Of a DNA stretch of 64,000 nucleotides, positions 14,112 through 27,622 are shown in pieces (within the stretch, counting starts at the first letter, position 1; every line of letters begins with the position of its first letter). Where the stretch lies: assembly GCF_006345805.1 (NCBI RefSeq), contig NC_043003.1:101866001-101930000 (forward strand), in the 5' to 3' direction. The position numbers and the translations under genes were made by a program. The notes under the pieces are model-generated. The model worked only from the letters and a program-made list of their open reading frames with translations. It did no database searches and was not told where the DNA came from. This DNA comes from Octopus sinensis (lineage: Eukaryota).

Positions 14112-14202
14112 TTTTAGTACGATCGTTTCATACAAGGACAGGTTTTATTAAAAGTTGCAAAGATTACAGCATATAAACGAGTCCCGTACTCATCAGCTAA
14201 AA
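14112..14202 (-). ncRNA. Type I hammerhead ribozyme motif with a complete core
   Basis: Minus strand: stem I UUUUAG, core CUGAUGA, stem II GUACG-GGAC ... GUCC-U-UGUAU, GAAA, palindromic stem III ACGAUCGU, cleavage triplet GUA, then CUAAAA closing stem I. It lies next to a PLE ORF. Confidence 0.75.
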
Positions 14203-14864
14203 TACATGTGAGTTCTCTAGACATCCTAGTGTTTGAGGCTATACTCATGAAGTAATGTAGATAATTAATTAACATAACATTTCTAAAGTTCATTAAAGTT
14301 CTTTAAAGATGATGTACAGTCTTATCACAGAATTTTAAAAAGTTTTGATAGCATCACAGAGAAGGTGACCTAATCCATATGAAATTTTCCATAGATATGA
14401 TGAGGGATTATATACTCACAGAAGACAAATTTATCCATTGTTATTACAACGAGGTGGGTCTCAATTCCTGCTTATTAGCATTACAGAGAGGGTGAATTAA
14501 TCCTTTGTATAGATGCACAAATTCCAATGGTGTAGATGTAAATTTCCAGAGAAATGGAGATGAATTTCATATTCACAGGCGAAATTTTTCAATGGTTGAA
14601 CACAATGAGGTAGGTATCAATCCTTGTTATATGATTAGGTATTTGCCATATTAATCACATTACTGCTATTCACAAGAGGCTGTAGCTATTTAACTCTTAA
14701 AGGCTGAAGGGCTTTCTAGAGCGGCCAAGAATAGAGAAGGGAATAGAAGAAAAGAGAGAAAATAATGGAGGAGGGAGCAAAAAGGGGGGGGGGAAGGGGG
14801 ACTAAAAGAGAAGAGAAAAGGAAACAGAGAATAAGAAGAAGAAAAACATAGTATAGATGAATAT

Positions 14865-15343
14865 AATTGGCTTCTCATTCATAGGATTAACGATTTCATT
14901 AGAAGAATCAGGTGGAAAACGTACCATTTTGATGTCAAACAGAAGAAGAAACCGCAGGAAATGAATACCGAAAAGAATTTTAGAAGAATTTTAAAAGTAG
15001 AAAAGCCCACCTCAGACCCATTCCTGGAGAACTTTGAGAAGACTTGCTGAATCTTATAGATGATATTAGCTTCAATGAACACCCGTTAAGATATAACCCT
15101 CATCTTAGACACCTTAGGAACTTTATTCAGTCAACCCGGTGCAAACATGGAATCCTAGTACCAGCAGATAAAACGGGTAATATGTATAGAGTTGATTACG
15201 ATATTTATAGCAAATTAATTAGGAAAGAACTAAACTCCAAATATAAAATTACAACTAAGAACAATTTGAAAAAAGTAAACATGGAAATGAAAGAGATCAT
15301 GGAGAAACTAAATTTAACAGATAGAACGGAGCCACTTAAACCC
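14865..15343 (+). mobile_element. Penelope-like element (Naiad-type) ORF, N-terminal fragment
   Basis: Reads LIHRINDFIRRIRWKTYHF ... ILVPADKTGNMYRV ... LNLTDRTEPLKP and is cut by a microsatellite just before the expected FITLKDHK motif. Confidence 0.75.
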
Positions 15344-15382
15344 TGTATATACATATATATATACATATACATATACATATAT

Positions 15383-15843
15383 ATTGTATTGGCATCCTTT
15401 CTGTCTCGGGAGACAATGGAGTTGCGCATTTTTTTTTTTTTTTTTTCTAGGTCTAGTCCGGCTGTTATATTTTATTTCCTGTTACATTTCTTGCTGTGGC
15501 TGTGTAGTCCTATCCTGGACAAACACTCCCTCTGGCAGGTACTGCAAATGTAGCGAAGACTGTTCCTGGCTGGTTGTAGTGCCATGGTCTCTTGTTTATG
15601 TCTCTTCCTTTCTTTCCATTTCTCCTCTCTCTTTCTGTCACTCCTCTGTATACCCTCTTTTACTGTACGTCGCCATTCTCCACGGTTGCCGGCGACTGCC
15701 TCCCAACCGCTAATGTTGATGTTGCAGGCCTTCATATCCCTTTTGCAAACATCCTTGTAACGTAAGATCGGTCTACCCACAGACCTAGTACCCCTAGCAA
15801 GCTCTCCGTAGAGTATGTCCTTGGGGATTCTGCCATCTTTCAT
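15383..15843 (-). mobile_element. 5'-truncated RTE-clade LINE 3' end
   Basis: MKDGRIPKDILYGELARGTRSVGRPILRYKDVCKRDM and C-terminal zinc finger CSTCQRECLSRIGLHSH; the 3' UTR ends gtctcccgagacagaaaggatgccaatacaata. Confidence 0.9.
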
Positions 15844-15989
15844 TATTAAATGTTATTGTTAAATTATTAATAAAAACCTTAATAATAATTTAACATATAT
15901 ATATATATACATATATATATACATATACATATATATACATATATATATATACATATACATATATATATATACATATACATATATGTATG

Positions 15990-18900
15990 TTTTCTCTCCC
16001 AAGTCAGTAGCAAGCTACACAGCTTCAAAACTTAACTGACCTTAAATATATATATATTTGTAACCATGTGTTTGCCTACAAACCCGTAAGTACGTTTTCA
16101 TTTAACTACAAATTGTTATATACACCTGTTTTTCTTTTAATATCCTCAAACAACCAAATAATCAAAAACTCACACCCTTAAGAGAGAACATTTATATATA
16201 TATATACACTTCTTTAACTCCCAAGAAAGAATATATATATTTTCAAAAATCAAAAGGAAAACAAACAAAAGAAAAACAAACATGTCTAACTTGCAGGCCT
16301 GCAACAGACGAAATTGGTCTGATAACGAAATTGATGTTTTAATAAACACATGGTTCTCTCTTTCCCAAACAGAAAATCTAAATGTTTTGTGTTTGAATGA
16401 GATTGCCGAAAAAACATCACAAGTGGTCAACACATGATCCGTCAAACAGATTCGTAGCAAACTGAAACATATCGAAGTATCTTTCAAACTGACAAAAGGC
16501 CATTATGAAAAGCTTCTTCATATTTTCACAGTTCAAGAACAGCAACAGCTAGAAAATCAGCAGCCACAACAACAACAACAACAGAATGAGCCACTCCTGG
16601 TTCCCAGCACAATGGCTGACCCTAACATCGGTCAAGCACAACAACAACAACAACAGCCACAGCAACAAGAACAACAACAGCCACTCCTCAACTCTAGCTT
16701 ACTAGATGATTCACTAAATGCCAGTATTTTTTCACCGCTCTCACGGCAACCACCACAATTATCATCATCATCATCACCACCGCTGCCACCATCGTCTTCT
16801 ATCACCAAAAATACCAACAGAAAATAAGAAACCATTGCCCTCTTCCCCCACATCACCACCTCAATACTACTGCAGTAACAAAAACTTAAAGAAACATAGG
16901 AAGCAGAATGCGCCCCCCATGGCACAAACAAGAAATCCCCAAATATGCCGCTATTCACTGCGCCAGAGACTCTGCACAAATAGTGACTGCATCTTCACGC
17001 ATCTACCCGGCACTAGACGCACTACCGGCCAAGGCCAAAGCACGCATCCCACAATAACATCAACACCACCAAATAGTAAATCGAAATTCAAAACACACAC
17101 AACTCGGAGTCCCAAAATCTGCCGGTATTCCCAACGTGAGAGAACATGTCTGCTGAGTGACTGTCCCTTCACTCATCTTCCAGGGACCCGACGCACAAAC
17201 AGAACGGGGCTTCAAGCCAACACACAAACCTGAATAAAAATAAAAATAGAAACACACCATGCTGCAGTAATGCTGGTCCAGTCTTTTCAGGAAGACACAA
17301 AAACAACAACAACAAAAGTGGAAACTACAACCCTATCCAACAGTGCAACCACACCTCCAGCCAAAAACTGCTCCCTAAGCAGGAAAATTCTTTTTTAGCC
17401 ATGTTGAACATGGTAAAAGAGATACACAAAAACATTCTAGCCATCACTCACACCATCCTATGCTATTACCCCAGTGCACCAATTCCCCACATTGCTGCCA
17501 CTAACACACACAAAAAATCCAAGCCCCCTGCAACAGTCAAAACCAGCCACTACACTAACCTCCACATTCCTACTCAATGCACAAGGTGTCAGCCCTTCCA
17601 TCAATGCACAAAAATGGAAGGTCCAATTCATTGAAGACTGGGTTGGTAACCATTCACACCACATCCCTTTCTTCATTCTCACTGACCCCCCTTGACAACT
17701 CCCTCACTCCCACTGGAAGCCGAAGTGAGAGTGAAGAATTTCACAAATTCACAACCATCCGCGCGGATCGTATCGGCAGGAGGAAGGGTGGAACTGCCAT
17801 TTTCCTGCATGATTCATTTACGGCAGATGGAAATAGTATATTCTCCAACGGCTACTGTGAATCAGTCACCATGCACAACAAAGCCAATGACCTGACAGTA
17901 ATTGGGCTCTATAGGCCGCCCCAAACACCCATACTGTGCTTTAAAGAATGCCTCAACAGCATTAAGTGCTTTATTCAACAGTGCCATTCTAGCAACATAA
18001 CACATGATGGGAGACTTCAATCTACCCTGTGTTGACTGGACTACAAACTGTTTGAAACCAAGCACTCCCGCCTCAACCGCTGACAAAGAAGCAGCAGTCA
18101 GTTTCTTTTCGACTTTACGAATGAGTTTTTCTTGTCCCAACTTGTCCTTGCACCAACAAGACATCAGAACATTTTGGACCTAGTGTTTAGTAACCACACT
18201 AACACTATACATAACGTAACGGTGGAAAAAACCCTTCTTTCAGACCATGACATGGTTCTCTGTAACATGAAATTCCACCAGCCGAAAGCTAATCCTAGTG
18301 ACCTTCCTCCAGCCCACCCATTTGACAACATGGATCTCCATAATGCAACTGGGATGCAATCAGGAACGAGCTATCACATGTTGACTGGTCCTTTACACAT
18401 AACACATCTCCACCAACATAACCATAAAACATCTTGGCAGATCTTTGTAGACACCGTCACAGACATATGTGCAAAACACTCCCCACCAACCTGTGAACAA
18501 AAAGTGCAGAATCCCCCAAAACAGAAAAACCATTATCAGAAAAAAAAAAAACAAACAAAAAAATTAACAACTAAAGTACTGCCAACAGCAACACACACAT
18601 TCGACGGCTATCGCACTGCTTGAATCCAAAAAATATAACCTCCAACAATGCATGAAGACCCTCATCAATAACCAAAGATCAGCTGAGGAGAAGTGGGCCA
18701 TTGAAAAAATCAAACTCAACCCCAAAGTGTTCTTTTCATTTGCGAGGAAACGCAGGGTCACTGTCTCCACTGTAGGCCCTCTAATTGACGAAACTGGCAC
18801 TCTCCAAGATAATGCCAAATCCATGGCCGAGATACTGCAGAAACAATACTGCTCTGTTTTCAGCAATCCTGATATGGCCGATCTGGGCTGTATCAGTGAT

Positions 18901-20161
18901 GTCAACCCCCAACACACTATATCGGACATAACGTTTTAGTGCCCCTGATGTCTTAGCGGCGATAAACGAAATAAAACACAATTCAGCAGTAGGCCCCGAT
19001 AGGTTCCCTGCTTGTGTCCTGAAGGTGTGTCACACCAACTTGCATCTCCACTTGCTAATCTGTGGAGAAACTCACTGGATGCTGGCTATATTCCAAAAAA
19101 CTTCTGTCCCAGTCTGTTGTCCCAGTTTTCAAAAAGGGAAACAAGTCCCTTGCAGTGAATTACCGTCCGATCCGATCTCACTCACCTCTCATATCATCAA
19201 GGTATTTGAGAGGGTGGTGAGATCTCGAATACCCCATTTCTGGAAAGCAACAGACGGCTGATCTCCAACCAACATGGGTTCCGTAATGGAAGGGACTGCC
19301 TAACGCAGCTCCTGCATCACTTTGAGGACATTTTGAGAGCTTTGGGAGAGGGCTCCAACACCGATGTCATCTACCTTGATTTCAGTAAGGCCTTCGACAG
19401 GGTCGATCACAGATCCTATTGAAAAAACTATCCAACATTGGGTCTCTGGAAAGTTACTGAAATGGATCAAGTGTTTCCTGACAGACAGATCTCAACATGT
19501 TGTAGTTGAAGGGGTAAAATCAAGCTCAGCCAAAGTCAGTAGTGGCGTTCCGCAAGGCACTGTGCTGGCCCACTTCTTTTCATTATTTTACATTAATGAC
19601 ATTAATGACATCATCAAGCACAGCAACATAACAATCTTTGCAGATGACTCCAAGCTACAGAGGGGTCATAAATGAGGCGAGTGACCGGACATGCCTTCAG
19701 TCAGATCTACTGGCTGTTATCCAATGGGCAGAAAAAACAATATGCTGCTGAACGAGGATAAATTTGAGCTAATCCACTTTGGAAAAGAGGATGCCCTGAA
19801 ACTCCATACTCCCTTCCTTCAGGTGAAACCTCTCGCGGCGTCCAATAACATCAGAGACTTGGGAGTAATTGTGGACAACAACATAAGCTGGGCACTCATA
19901 TAAACACCAAGTTGACATGGCCCGCAGAATGTGTCCCTGGATTCTCAGAACTTTCCAGTCGAGAGATATCCCAACCATTATCCTTCTCTTCTCCACTTTT
20001 GCCCGACCCCACCTTGAATACTGTTGTCCACTGTGGTCTCCCCACACAATACAAGGTATCATAAAAGTTGAAGCACCTCAAAGGGCAATCACAAAAAAGA
20101 TAGATGGCATGACAGGCCTCGACTATTGGGGTCGACTAGAAAAGCTAAAACTCTATTCTCT
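15990..20161 (+). mobile_element. CR1/L2-type LINE of a second family: 5' UTR, ORF1 and degraded ORF2, 3'-truncated
   Basis: ORF2 motifs LLNAQG, RIGRRKGGTAIF, MGDFNLP (frameshifted), LLSDHD, QHGFRNG, YLDFSKAFDRVDH, GVPQGTVL, FADDSKL, LEYCCPLWSP; the element stops at LEKLKLYSL. Confidence 0.9.
16282..17233 (+). pseudogene. LINE ORF1 relic: Myb/SANT-like N-terminus, polyQ linker, two C-x8-C-x4-C-x3-H fingers
   Basis: From ATG 16282: RRNWSDNEIDVLINTW...EIAEK...T*SVKQIRSKLKHIE (TGA at 16435-16437), in frame with the polyQ ORF 16612-16827. After a frameshift come CRYSLRQRLCTNSDCIFTH and CRYSQRERTCLLSDCPFTH. Confidence 0.7.
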
Positions 20162-20412
20162 CCACAAATTTCCAAATTCTGATTGAATAAGGTTACCATA
20201 TTGCAGCTTTCTCTTCAGGAAAATCCAGGAATTACGATGTCCAAACAAAACAAAGGCACAGCAAGCAACTCGAACAAGAACGCTCCCTAGGAGCCCATGA
20301 AGTGGGGTAAACTGTTTCTTAATGTATGTTGAAATCGGGGGGTTGGTGGATTTTCCTGAAGAGAAAGCTGCAATATGGTATCCTTATTCAATCAGAATTT
20401 GGAAATTTGTGG
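20162..20412. repeat. 66-bp inverted repeat with a 119-bp spacer
   Basis: 20162-20227 is the reverse complement of 20347-20412 with one mismatch. Confidence 0.9.
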
Positions 20413-20511
20413 CCTTTGAAACATGTGTAGAATGTAATAAAGGAATTCTGTAGAATCTTCGTTCAGCTCCATTTCTTCCATCACTAATATATTAAACTTC
20501 ATTATCCCGCC

Positions 20512-20611
20512 NNNNNNNNNNNNNNNNNNNNNNNNNNNNNNNNNNNNNNNNNNNNNNNNNNNNNNNNNNNNNNNNNNNNNNNNNNNNNNNNNNNNNNNNN
20601 NNNNNNNNNNN
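20512..20611. other. Assembly gap (100 N)
   Basis: Run of N. Confidence 1.
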
Positions 20612-21210
20612 AATCCCACAAGGATAAGTGAAATACTGAACGAACAATTCCAAAGTGTGTTTCACTACACCTCTAGGACACAGGCAAGTAAACAACCCAG
20701 AAGAATTCTTTGCCACTTTACCTACGGCCAAAGAGACAAAATTGAGTACATCAACATTGAAGATGATAATCACACTAGCCATAGATGAGATTGACACAAA
20801 CTCAGCTACTGGTCCTGATGGATTTCCAGCGATCCTTCTCAAATCATGCAAACGAGCCCTTGCAAAACCGCTACGCTTCTTTTTTCAGAGCTTTCTTTCT
20901 TGCAAGTGGTAAGCTCGCGGTCAAATTGAAAGAGGGGGTAATATGCCCTATCCATAAGGGAGGTAGCAGAGCAGATGCTAAAAATTATAGGCCTATCTCT
21001 CTGACCTCACACATCAGCAAAGTCATGGAACGAATAGTCCGCAAGAAACTAATCATGTTCCTTGAAGAAAATGACTTGCTGACTGACACCCAGCATGGAT
21101 TTCGACCAGGTAGAGGCTGCCTAACACAGCTCCTGCAACACTATGACTGGGTGTTAAAACAGCTACTAAATGGCTCAAATGTGTATGTAATATATCTCGA
21201 CTTTGCAAAA
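20612..21210 (+). mobile_element. CR1/L2-type LINE RT fragment, same family as 8764-11895
   Basis: Near-identical to 10060-10680 (KLKEGVICPIHKGGSRADAKNYRPISLTS ... YLDFAK). Confidence 0.93.
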
Positions 21211-21400
21211 GTCACGTTCCCGTTCGTCAGACAGTTTTTCCTAGCAAAAACTATCCGACGAACGGGAATGTGAAACTCAGAGTAACAGGTTTTGTTGAAT
21301 GTTCTGCTGCTTTAAATAAAGCATATCACTCTACCACTGGTATTTGAGTACTCTTTTTTTCCACCTTGTTTCACATTTATGTGTTTACTCCGGTATATAT
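21211..21400. mobile_element. PLE-type terminal repeat fragment carrying head-to-head hammerhead motifs
   Basis: Plus strand aaaaactat-CCGACGA-acg ggaa tgt-GAAA-ctcagag-TA-acaggtttt (21246-21293); inverted truncated copy aaaaactgt-CTGACGA-acg ggaa cgt-GA at 21240-21211. Confidence 0.7.
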
Positions 21401-21422
21401 ACATATATACACACACACACAT

Positions 21423-21465
<43 letters not shown>

Positions 21466-22404
21466 AAGTAATTACGAGCATCAAATACTTGACACACATA
21501 ATGTCACAATAACAACTTCACAAAACATACCAAACACCAACAGTAAACAAACTCACTTATCACACACTTTTTGAAAATCAGTCACAAGGAAGCTAGATAA
21601 AGACAAAAACACATGATACAAGATATTCCCCTTCCATCAAGATGTTGACTCACTTCCTTCCATCTGATGCTGGGAAAGCGATACAGAAATACAGGGCAGG
21701 TGGGGGAGCCTCAAACTTTAGACTTGACAAAAATCAGACAAACTTATGACAATTCTAAAAAGCCTAACCAAAGCAGTTACAATACACTAAGAATATAATT
21801 GCACTGCCCTGATTATCTTTGACAAAGTATTTGATTTAGTTTGGTCATGGGGAAATATTACTTTGCTTGGAAATAGGTGAGGGTTGGATACAGGAATGGC
21901 ATCCAGTATTACAAAATCTGCTTTACTGAATTCCATCTGACCCAGGCAAGCATGAGGATAATGAAGATACTATAGACAAAATACTCATCTCTGCTCCTTA
22001 AGAAACAACACAAAAGATGAGCCAATGAGGAAGTCTCTACTCAGTTACTTGATCTGCAAGAAATAGCAGTCAAATATACTTCTAATCACATTTCACCATG
22101 TTAAAAATGAGATGGACACCTTAGATCATATAGCACTAGATATCTCAACCCTCCCCAATAGCAAAAAAAAAAAAAAAGAAACAAAACATGTCTGGCTATG
22201 TGGAAATATTACCTTGCATGGCCATAGTCAAACGACTGAAACAAATAAAAGAATACTGTTATTTACTATCTTGAGGTGGCGGGAATGGTAGAGTAGCAGA
22301 CTAAATCCTTTATGATATTTAGTTATGTAAAGATAGGGAAGGTTTGCCTTTCATCTTTTTAGAGTTCATTAAGCAAATACCAGTGAAACACAGGGTTACT
22401 TCAT

Positions 22405-22592
22405 TATCATCATCATCATCATTTAACGTCCGTTTTCCATGCTAGCATGGGTTGGACGGTTTTGACTGAGGTCTGGCCAACCAGATGGCTGCACCAGGCT
22501 CCAGTCTTGATCTGGCAGAATTTCTACAGCTGGATGCCCTTCCTAACACCAACCACTCTGAGAGTGTAGTGGGTGCTTTTTACGTGCCACAA
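22405..22592 (-). mobile_element. SINE-like retroposon family with an (ATG)n tail, 3' portion
   Basis: Minus strand ...ggaagggcatccagctgtagaaa...ccatgctagcatggaaaacggacgttaaatgatgatgat. Further copies at about 21845-21965, 30850-31070, 31125-31290, 33865-33910, 36640-37075, 38600-38760 and 56570-56880. Confidence 0.8.
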
Positions 22593-22899
22593 TTCCTAAT
22601 AAATAATTTTCTTGCTTTAAGAGACACAAAATACAGAACAAGAGAGATCATGTGTATGCACATGTATGAGTTCATGTGTGCTAGTGTGATTTTCTTCCAG
22701 ACCAATATAATTATTCAGGGTCATTGACTTTTTCTACAACATTTAGAAATGTAATAAGGTATACATATGCTTATGCATGCATGCATGTATGTATGTATGT
22801 ATGTATGTAAATGCATGTATATTTGTGGATATATATATATATAAGTCTGTGTCTGTACTGAGCAATGGGTGTAGATGGTATAATTTTTTTAAGATTTGT

Positions 22900-23790
22900 C
22901 ATATATTTTAAATCTAGTCATTTTCTCTATGATGCACAAGAATGTGAATGTTTCTTAAGAGAACTATTTTCTGTAGTTATTCAGTTGAAACATGACCTAA
23001 TAACTTGGTTACTTTGTAATTGTCATTTTTTATCTCACTAAGTCCCTATACTACTTTATCAAGGTCTCACATTCTTGGTACTACTAAAATGATTTACTCA
23101 TTTGAATGTTTTTCTCTATATTTTAATGTACATGATTTGCAAGAGACCATATCATTTTTGGTGCTCTTTTATGATTTTTACCAAGTAAATTAACCAAAAT
23201 CTTTCTGCTCTAACTAGCCCTGCAATGCGTAACAGTATTATTATTTCATTTTTTTCTAACTTTTCAATTTTACGTTGGTTTGACACTATTTCTTTTTTTA
23301 ATGAGGTAGCCATTATATAATGTTTAAATTTGCTGATCAACATTCGCAACTGCCTTTCTGTGTTCTGTCTTAATTAGGATTAAATATTCCCATTTAACAC
23401 TGTTTTAACTTGTACTAAATGCCCTTTTCTTTTATTGTTTTACTTGTTTCAGACATTTGACTGCGGCCATGTTGGAGCATTGCCTTAAAGGGTTTTAGTT
23501 GAAGAAATCGATTTATTATTGTTTGTTTACACTTTTTCAAGATCAGTGACAAAAAGTCAGTGGAAAAAGGATATATGTATTTGCACTGGGACCCCTTTCA
23601 TCGAAGACCGGTGATTGTTGTGCACTGATGACGGGTCAATATGCAGAAACCCGAATCCGTGTGTATCACATAGATTGACGATGGGAAGGATGGCTTCCCT
23701 TTGCAAATACCGAGAGGGCACAGAAAGTGTGTCAATAGCCAGCTTGAGAAGATATTCTCCTGGGGCTACAAGTTACAGTAACATCTACCC
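22900..23790. mobile_element. Probable degraded Penelope-like element pieces
   Basis: A K/I/L-rich minus-strand frame (23152-23349) resembles PLE N-termini, and a degenerate hammerhead motif sits at 23619-23670. Weak. Confidence 0.4.
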
Positions 23791-23819
23791 TTAGTGATTA
23801 GCCATATTTAGATGGCAAA

Positions 23820-23836
23820 TATACTTCACATATATA

Positions 23837-23888
<52 letters not shown>

Positions 23889-25064
23889 CATATATACACA
23901 TACATACATATATACACATACATACATATATACACATACATACATATACATACATATATACACATACATACATATACATACATATACACACATACATACA
24001 TATACATACATATATATACATACATACATATACATATATATATACATACATACATATACATATATATATACATACATACATATGCATATATATACATACA
24101 TACATATGCATATATATACATGCATACATATACATATATATACATGCATACATATACATACATACATACATATACATATATATACATACATATACATATA
24201 TATACATACATACACATATATATACATACATACATATACATATACATACATACATATACATATATATACATACATATACATATATATACATACATACATA
24301 TACATATATATACATACATACATATATATACGTACATACATATATATACATACATACATATATATACATAACATACATATATATACATACATACATGTAT
24401 ATACATACATACATTATATACAATACCTATATATAATACATACATATATATCATACATACATATATATACATACATACATATATATACATACATACATAA
24501 TATACATACATACATATACATACATACATACATATATATACATACATACATATATTACATACATACATATACATACATACATATACATACATACATACAT
24601 ATACATACATACATATATATATACATACATATACATACATATACATACATATACATACATATACATACATATATATACATACATACATATATATATACAT
24701 ACATACATATATATACATACATACATATATATACATACATACATACATATATATACATACATACATACATACATACATATACATACATACATACATATAT
24801 ACATACATATATATACATACAAACATATATATACATACATATACATACATACATATATATACATACATACATACATATACATACATATACATACATACAT
24901 ATACATACATATATATATACATACATATACATACAATACAATATTACATAATAAACATCTATACCAATACATACATACATATACATATATATACATACAT
25001 ACATATATATACATACATATAATACATACATATATATCATACATATATACATACATATACATAC

Positions 25065-25117
<53 letters not shown>

Positions 25118-25149
25118 CATATACATACATATACATACATACATACATA

Positions 25150-25181
<32 letters not shown>

Positions 25182-25284
25182 CATACATATACATACATAC
25201 ATATATATACATACATACATATATATACATACATACATATACATACATACATATACATACATACATATACATACATACATATAT

Positions 25285-25317
<33 letters not shown>

Positions 25318-25392
25318 CATACATACATATATATATACATACATACATATATATATACATACATACATACATATACATATATACATATATAC

Positions 25393-25423
<31 letters not shown>

Positions 25424-25591
25424 CATATATATATATACATATATATATACATACATACATATATATATATACATATATATATACATACATACATATATAA
25501 TATACATATATATATACATACATACATATATATATACATACATACATATATATATACATACATATATATATATATACATACATACATATAC

Positions 25592-25627
<36 letters not shown>

Positions 25628-25657
25628 GCATACATATACATGCATATACATACATGC

Positions 25658-25693
<36 letters not shown>

Positions 25694-25797
25694 GCATACA
25701 TATATATGCATACATATATATGCATACATATATATGCATACATATATATGCATACATATATATGCATACATATATATGCATACATATATATGCATAC

Positions 25798-25834
<37 letters not shown>

Positions 25835-25835
25835 C

Positions 25836-25880
<45 letters not shown>

Positions 25881-26087
25881 CATACATATACATACATATA
25901 TATACATACATACATACATATACATACATAAATATACATACATACATACATACATACACATACATACATACACATACATACATACATACATATACATACA
26001 TACATACATACATATACATACATACATATACATACATATACATACATACATATATATACATACATACATATACATACATACATATAC

Positions 26088-26128
<41 letters not shown>

Positions 26129-26154
26129 CATACATACATATACATACATATATA

Positions 26155-26186
<32 letters not shown>

Positions 26187-26295
26187 CATACATACATATA
26201 CATACATATACATACATACATATATATACATACATACATATATATACATACATATACATACATATATATACATACATATACATACATACATATAC

Positions 26296-26348
<53 letters not shown>

Positions 26349-26401
26349 CATAAACATACATATACATACATACATATATACATATACATACATATATATA
26401 C

Positions 26402-26472
<71 letters not shown>

Positions 26473-27620
26473 CATATATACATACATACATATACATACA
26501 TATACATATACATACATACATATACATACATACACATATACATACATACATATACATACATACATATATACACATACATACATATACATACATAAACATA
26601 CATATACATACATATATATACATACATACATACATATACATACATACATACATATACATACATATATATACATACATACATATACATACATATATATACA
26701 TACATACATATATATACATACATACATATATATATACATACATATATATATACATACATACATATATATATACATACATACATACATATACATACATACA
26801 TACATATACATACATACATATACATACATATACATACATACATATACATACATACATACATACATATATATACATACATCCATACACATACATATACAGA
26901 CATATATATACATACATACATATACATACATATACATACATATATATACATACATACATATACATACATATACATACATACATACACATACATACATATA
27001 CATACATACATATATATATACATACATACATATATATATACATACATACATATATATACATACATACATACACATACATACATATACATACACATACATA
27101 TACATACATATACATACATACATACATACATATATATACATACATACATATACATACATACATATACATACATACATATACATATACATACATACATATA
27201 CATACATACATATACATACATACATATACATACATACATATACATACATACATATACATACATATACATACATACATACATACATATACATACATACATA
27301 TATATACATACATATACATACACATACATACATATACATATATACATATATATACATACATATATATACATATATATATACATACATATACATACATACA
27401 TATACATACATACATATACATACATACATATACATACATATACATACATATATATACATATATACACACATATATATACATACATATATATACATATACA
27501 TATATACACACATATACATACTTATATATACATATATATACATACATATATATACATATATATACATACATATATACACACATATACACACATATATATA
27601 CAATTATACATATATACATA
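23820..27620. repeat. About 3.8 kb (TACA)n/(TA)n compound microsatellite
   Basis: Directly visible; includes a sub-array of tatatatgcataca units near 25690-25800. Confidence 0.97.
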
Positions 27621-27622
27621 TA

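Noticed and set aside
21600-21730. Possible minus-strand exon ending in GTGAGT
   Set aside because: No frame resembles a sulfatase or any protein I recognise.
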